Of a DNA stretch of 64,000 bases, positions 59,701 to 64,000 are shown piece by piece (within the stretch, counting starts at the first letter, position 1; every line of letters begins with the position of its first letter). Made by a program: the position numbers and the translations under genes. The notes beneath the pieces are model-generated. The model was not told where the DNA came from. It did no database searches and worked only from the letters and a program-made list of their open reading frames with translations. Source of the stretch: Raillietiella orientalis (Eukaryota); NCBI GenBank assembly GCA_036172245.1, contig JAYWIR010000027.1, positions 806,001 to 870,000 on the forward strand, given 5' to 3'.

Positions 59701-62700
59701 CGTTTCCCTTCCTTTCTCCAGATTAAGCGAGCATACGCCGTGGAGGGAAGAGATGCGACGCAGAGGGAGCGCACGTCAGCTGCCCCAGCCACCGCCAGCA
59801 CAGCGCCGCTCCCGTTCTCCTGAACCCCTCCCCCCCCCCCTATTCGGGCCTCGGCGCGTATTTCTCCGCTCCACGAACCGACACGCTCCTGCCAGCCGAT
59901 GCGGTCTCCGGCTTGTCCGCGAGGCGCCATCTCGTAGACGTCGTCGCAACCGATCAGCGTGCGCCGCCGCAAACGTGCTGTTGCTTCGCATTTGAAAGAG
60001 AGGCTGCTGCGACCTTCTTCGTGGTCGGGGATCCCCTCCTTCACCTCTCCCTTCGCGATAGCTGAGGTGTCCTCCTTGCGAACGGTTGGCAGGCAAGCTG
60101 CCACGAAGCACGGCGCAGGTTTTGCGAGGGATTCAGGTGCTCGTCATCGTAAGCGAGGGCGCGGAGGCAGCGAAGCGTACGCGCTTCCTGTGCTGCCATC
60201 TGTGGACGGACCGGCGCAACTTCTCGCAGCGCTCGGGTAACCCCTGGTGAACCACCTGCTCACGAGGTGGCGCTACGTGCCAACCGCGCGGCACACCGCT
60301 CCGTCCTCCCCATCCCCCTTCCTTCGGTCTCCTTGTTCCACGGAAGTCCTGCGTGGCGCCGCGAGTAAGAGGGGATGTTTCACCGACCGCACGCGGACTC
60401 CGCGCAGGTGAGGGCGAGAGGCGATCGCCGCTGTCGTGGGGAGAGAGACCCTCGCTCCCTCGTAGCCATTCTTGGAGAGCCACTCCTTTGCTGCTTCCAG
60501 GTGGAGGTCGTCTTCAGCGATGATCGCAAGATGATCTACTCGTGCACGTATACCCCCCGTTTCGAGGGGCAGTACACCGTAGTCGTCAGGTTCAACGACC
60601 ATGAGATACCCAAGTCGCCTTTCAAGGTCACCGTGGAAGGCCATGCGGGTGACCCGAGCAAGGTCACGGTGAGCGGTCCGGGTATTGAACGCGAAGGGGT
60701 GATGATCAACCGCCCGACGCACTTTGACATCGTGGGCAAAGGTGAGAAGCAGCTGCGATCTCGCTCTTTTCGCGCTTCGGGGAGCCCCCCCTCCGAGTCT
60801 GCTTGCATCTTCTGGTGCGGCGCCAAGGCGTTCTCGCGCGCCATCGCTGTCCTTCTCTGTCGTGGCGGCAAGGGAGTTCCTCCCCCCCCCCCTCCGATTT
60901 TCTGCGGCCCTGGAGCGACCCTAGAGAGGGTCGTCTGCGGCACAGCAGCGGCACCAACGACGGACGTTCCTCCAGATGCTGGGCTAGGAGTCCCCGACGT
61001 GATCGTCCTGAGCCCGACGGGCGACCGCAACGTGGTGACTGCCAAGCTGCGGCCTCTCAGCGAACACTCCTGGCGTTGCGAGTACACCTCCCCTGTGACG
61101 GGCCTCCTGTCTGTGAACGTGTTCTTCGCCGGGAAGGCCATCCCCAAGAGCCCGTTTGGGGTGAACGTGGCCCCAGGTGAGAGCAGAGGGGGGGGGAGTT
61201 GTGCCAGCGGGGCGATGATCCACTCCTTCCCGCAGTGTGCGACGCTCGCAAGGTCCGAGCCAGCGGCCGCGGCCTGCAGTCCCGCGGCGTGCGGGTAAAG
61301 GACGATGCCTGTTTCAAGGTGTCCACGGAGGGCGCAGGGGAAGGCGCCCTGGACATCAAGGCGATCGGGCCGAACGGAACGGTGATCCCCGTAAACATCC
61401 GAGCCCTCGACAACGGGGTCTTCGACTGCGTGTACCGCCCCGTGAAGGACGGCCTCCACAAGGTCGCCATCTCCTACGGGGGCCAAGAGATCCCCGACTC
61501 CCCCTACAGCGTGCACGTGGGCCCGTACAAGGACTGCCGGATACGTGCCTTCGGACCCGGTCTGGAAAGGGGCGTGGCCGGCCACCCAAGCACGTTCACC
61601 GTGTACATGAACGGAGAGGTGGGCACCCTCGGTAAGTGGGGCGGGCACGTGGGGCGGCGCGATCGATCCCTCCCTCTCCCTCTCTCGCCCGACCTTTGGT
61701 TTCCTTCTCCTTCCCGGCAGGCTTCACCGTCGAGGGCCCCTCCGAGGCCCGCATCGAGTTCCATGACAACGAAGATGGGAGTGCCAAGGTGACCTACTAC
61801 CCCACCGCCCCGGGCGAGTACTCCATCCACATCCTGTGCGACGCCGAGGACATCCCGCGCTCCCCGTACATTGCCCACGTGTCGCCGCAGAGGCCGGACG
61901 TCCACCCGGAACTGGTGAGCCCGGAGGGCCCCGGGTCGACGGTGCACGCGTCCCATCCCAGGTGGAAAGCTACGGCCCGGGCCTGGAGAAGGACGGCGTG
62001 CAGGTCGACCAGCTGACCGAGTTCACCGTGGACTCTCGCAGGGCCGGGAGCGGGGACGCGGACCTGGAAGTGGTCGTCCTGGATCCCCAGCAGAACATCA
62101 CGCCCTCCGAGGTCGCAAAGACCACGGAGGGTACCTACCGCTGTCAGTACCTCCCGAAGAAGGGGGGTACCCACGAAGTGCAGGTTGGCGGAAGGCTCTC
62201 CGCCCCTCCCCTCCCCCAAACCGCTTTCTGCTTCCTCCTCCTCTCCCCAGGTCAACTACGGCGGGGTCTCCACCCGAGGGAGCCCGAAGCGGGTCAATGT
62301 GATCGACCCGGACGCCAGCAACAAGGTGCAGGTGTTTGGACCTGGGGTGGAGAAAGGCGTGAAGTGTCTCACCCCTACTCACTTCAACATCGACGCCCGC
62401 GACGCGGGTTCCGGTACACGCGGGACGGGGACGGGGTCGAAGTTCTCCACCCCTTTTCTGCCTATCCAGGAAACATCGCCGTGGGCATTTCCGACGAGAA
62501 GGGCCGTCCGGTGAGCTACCACCTAGCAGATCACGGGGACAACACGTACACCGTGGAGTACACCGCGCAGACGTCCGGGGTACACGCCGTCCGCGTGCAG
62601 TACGACGGGCGTCAGGTGCGCGACAGTCCCTTCCGGGTGAATGTGGTGTCCCCCGTGGACCTAAACCGCATCCGAGTGGACGGCCTGCAGCCAAGTGAGT

Positions 62701-64000
62701 CTCCACGCGACGGGGCGACTGGCGGCGCTGCCACCGCCCTCTTCGCGTCGTCCCTTCCCCTCCTCTCCTGGTTCCGACTCCGGCCCTTCTTCCCTCTTTC
62801 CAGCGATGTTCCTGAACGCCACCAATGAGTTCCTCGTGGACGCCAACGCCGTCTCCCAGGGCGACGACGGCCACTGCATCTCCTGCGTGGTCAGGAACCC
62901 CTCCGGGGCACGGATCCCCTGCGAGGTGGCTCCCGCAGGCGAGGGCGTTTCCAGGGTGAGCTTCACACCCTTCGAGGAAGGTAGGCACCGCCTCTCATAC
63001 CAGCCCCTCGCACTCACGTTTTTCCTCCCTCCCCCCCGCCCTCAGGGCCCCATACCGTGGACCTGCTCTACGACGGGGTGCCGCTGCCCAAAAGCCCGGC
63101 GACCGTTCACGTGCGCCAAGGGTGCGACCCCACCAAGTGCAAGGTGTACGGCCCAGGGGTGCAGTCTGGTGTGGCGGGCCGGCCGAACCAGTTCGTCATG
63201 AACACCAAAGGTGCGCCGCTTTCCCGCCTCTGGCACGTTCCTCACCGGGCGGAGTGAACTTCTCTTCCTCCCTCCGCAGCCGCAGGCACCGGCGCAGTTG
63301 GGGTCGCCATCGAAGGCCCCTCGGAGGCCAAGATGAGCTACAAGGACAACCAGGACGGATCTTGCATCGTGGAGTACTTGCCCTCGGAGCCGGGCGTCTA
63401 CGACATCTCCGTGCGCTTTGCGGACCAGCACGTGCCGGGGTCGCCCTTCCGTGTGACCGTCGAGCCCGACCCTTCCGCCGCCTCGGGGACGCGCGGGGTG
63501 GGGCCGTCCGCGGTGCGCTGCGCCGGGCCCGGTGTGGACCCCGCGCAGATCCGGGCGGAGGTGCCTCTGGTCTTCACGGTGGACACGAGCCGAGCGGCGG
63601 CGGCCGAAGTGGGCGTCGAGGTGCAGCCGGACCGAGGTGACTCCCCTGGCTTTCCCCCTCCCGGCGACCTTCCACCTCACCTTCCCCGCCGTTCCAGGAA
63701 TTATCAGGAAGCCGCCCAGCATCGTGTCCCTTGGACAAGGCGTCTTCGAAGTGACCTACTTCGTGCCCGAGCAGTGCTCCAGGTTCGTCCTCAGGGTCAC
63801 CAACTGCGGAAAGGACGTCCCCGGAAGGTAGGCTCGCTACCACCACCCCTCCTTTCACCCCCCTTTTTCGCCTTCCTTCCAGCCCGTTCAACTTCCGCGT
63901 GCTGCCCACGTGCGAGCCTGAGAAGGTCAAGGTCAGCGGCCCTCCCATCTCTGGGAAGGACGTGCCGGCTTCGCTGCCCACCGAGATCTGCGTGGACACC
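47765..64000 (+). CDS. FLNA: Filamin (filamin-A/cheerio type): CH1-CH2 actin-binding domain plus Ig-like repeats; continues past the window end
   Basis: Exons 47765-48125, 48855-48996, 52894-53003, 53077-53174, 53347-53474, 54566-54704, 60501-60741, 60976-61176, 61236-61631, 61721-61914, 61962-62183, 62251-62413, 62470-62694, 62804-62980, 63046-63210, 63280-63636, 63698-63827 and 63883->64000, all GT-AG and in phase. Motifs: [64 protein letters not shown], and repeated K.xxGPG...SPF.V.V filamin repeats. The symbol denotes the family, not strict orthology to the vertebrate paralogue. Confidence 0.97.
56901..57050 (+). repeat. 37-bp minisatellite (~3-4 units) in a filamin intron
   Basis: Unit cggcacgcgtgcagYgcggcaacaatgcggtccgWgt at 56927 and 56964, a variant at 57001, and a degenerate partial unit at 56901. 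Confidence 0.85.

Noticed and set aside
60536..61648. 370-aa minus-strand ORF and similar ORFs over filamin exons
   Set aside because: These are antisense shadows of GC3-rich filamin codons.

Overview
This is eukaryotic (invertebrate metazoan, probably protostome) genomic DNA, not prokaryotic. Three spliced protein-coding genes are supported on the + strand. (1) The 3' exons of an EFCAB10-like EF-hand gene (1350-1918). (2) A complete SLMAP gene (FHA domain, coiled coil, C-terminal tail anchor; 31290-37252). (3) The 5' part of a cheerio-type filamin (two CH domains plus Ig repeats; 47765 to window end). The region from about 2 to 30 kb is a nest of repeats: a long tRNA-headed SINE-like family, two unidentified decayed repeat families that look formerly coding, a TTAA-flanked piggyBac-type MITE, a second MITE with palindromic TIRs, and RTE-LINE and probable pogo relics. 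Two copies of the tRNA-headed family form an apparently perfect 904-bp inverted repeat 7.3 kb apart. Most of the window is very GC-rich, but SLMAP sits in an AT-rich, strongly CpG-depleted island whose edge falls inside the gene. Most ORFs in the supplied track are GC-content artefacts. I found no convincing new multi-gene system. The best leads are the homogenised inverted repeat, the unclassified repeat families and the sharp CpG domain. All alignments were done by eye.
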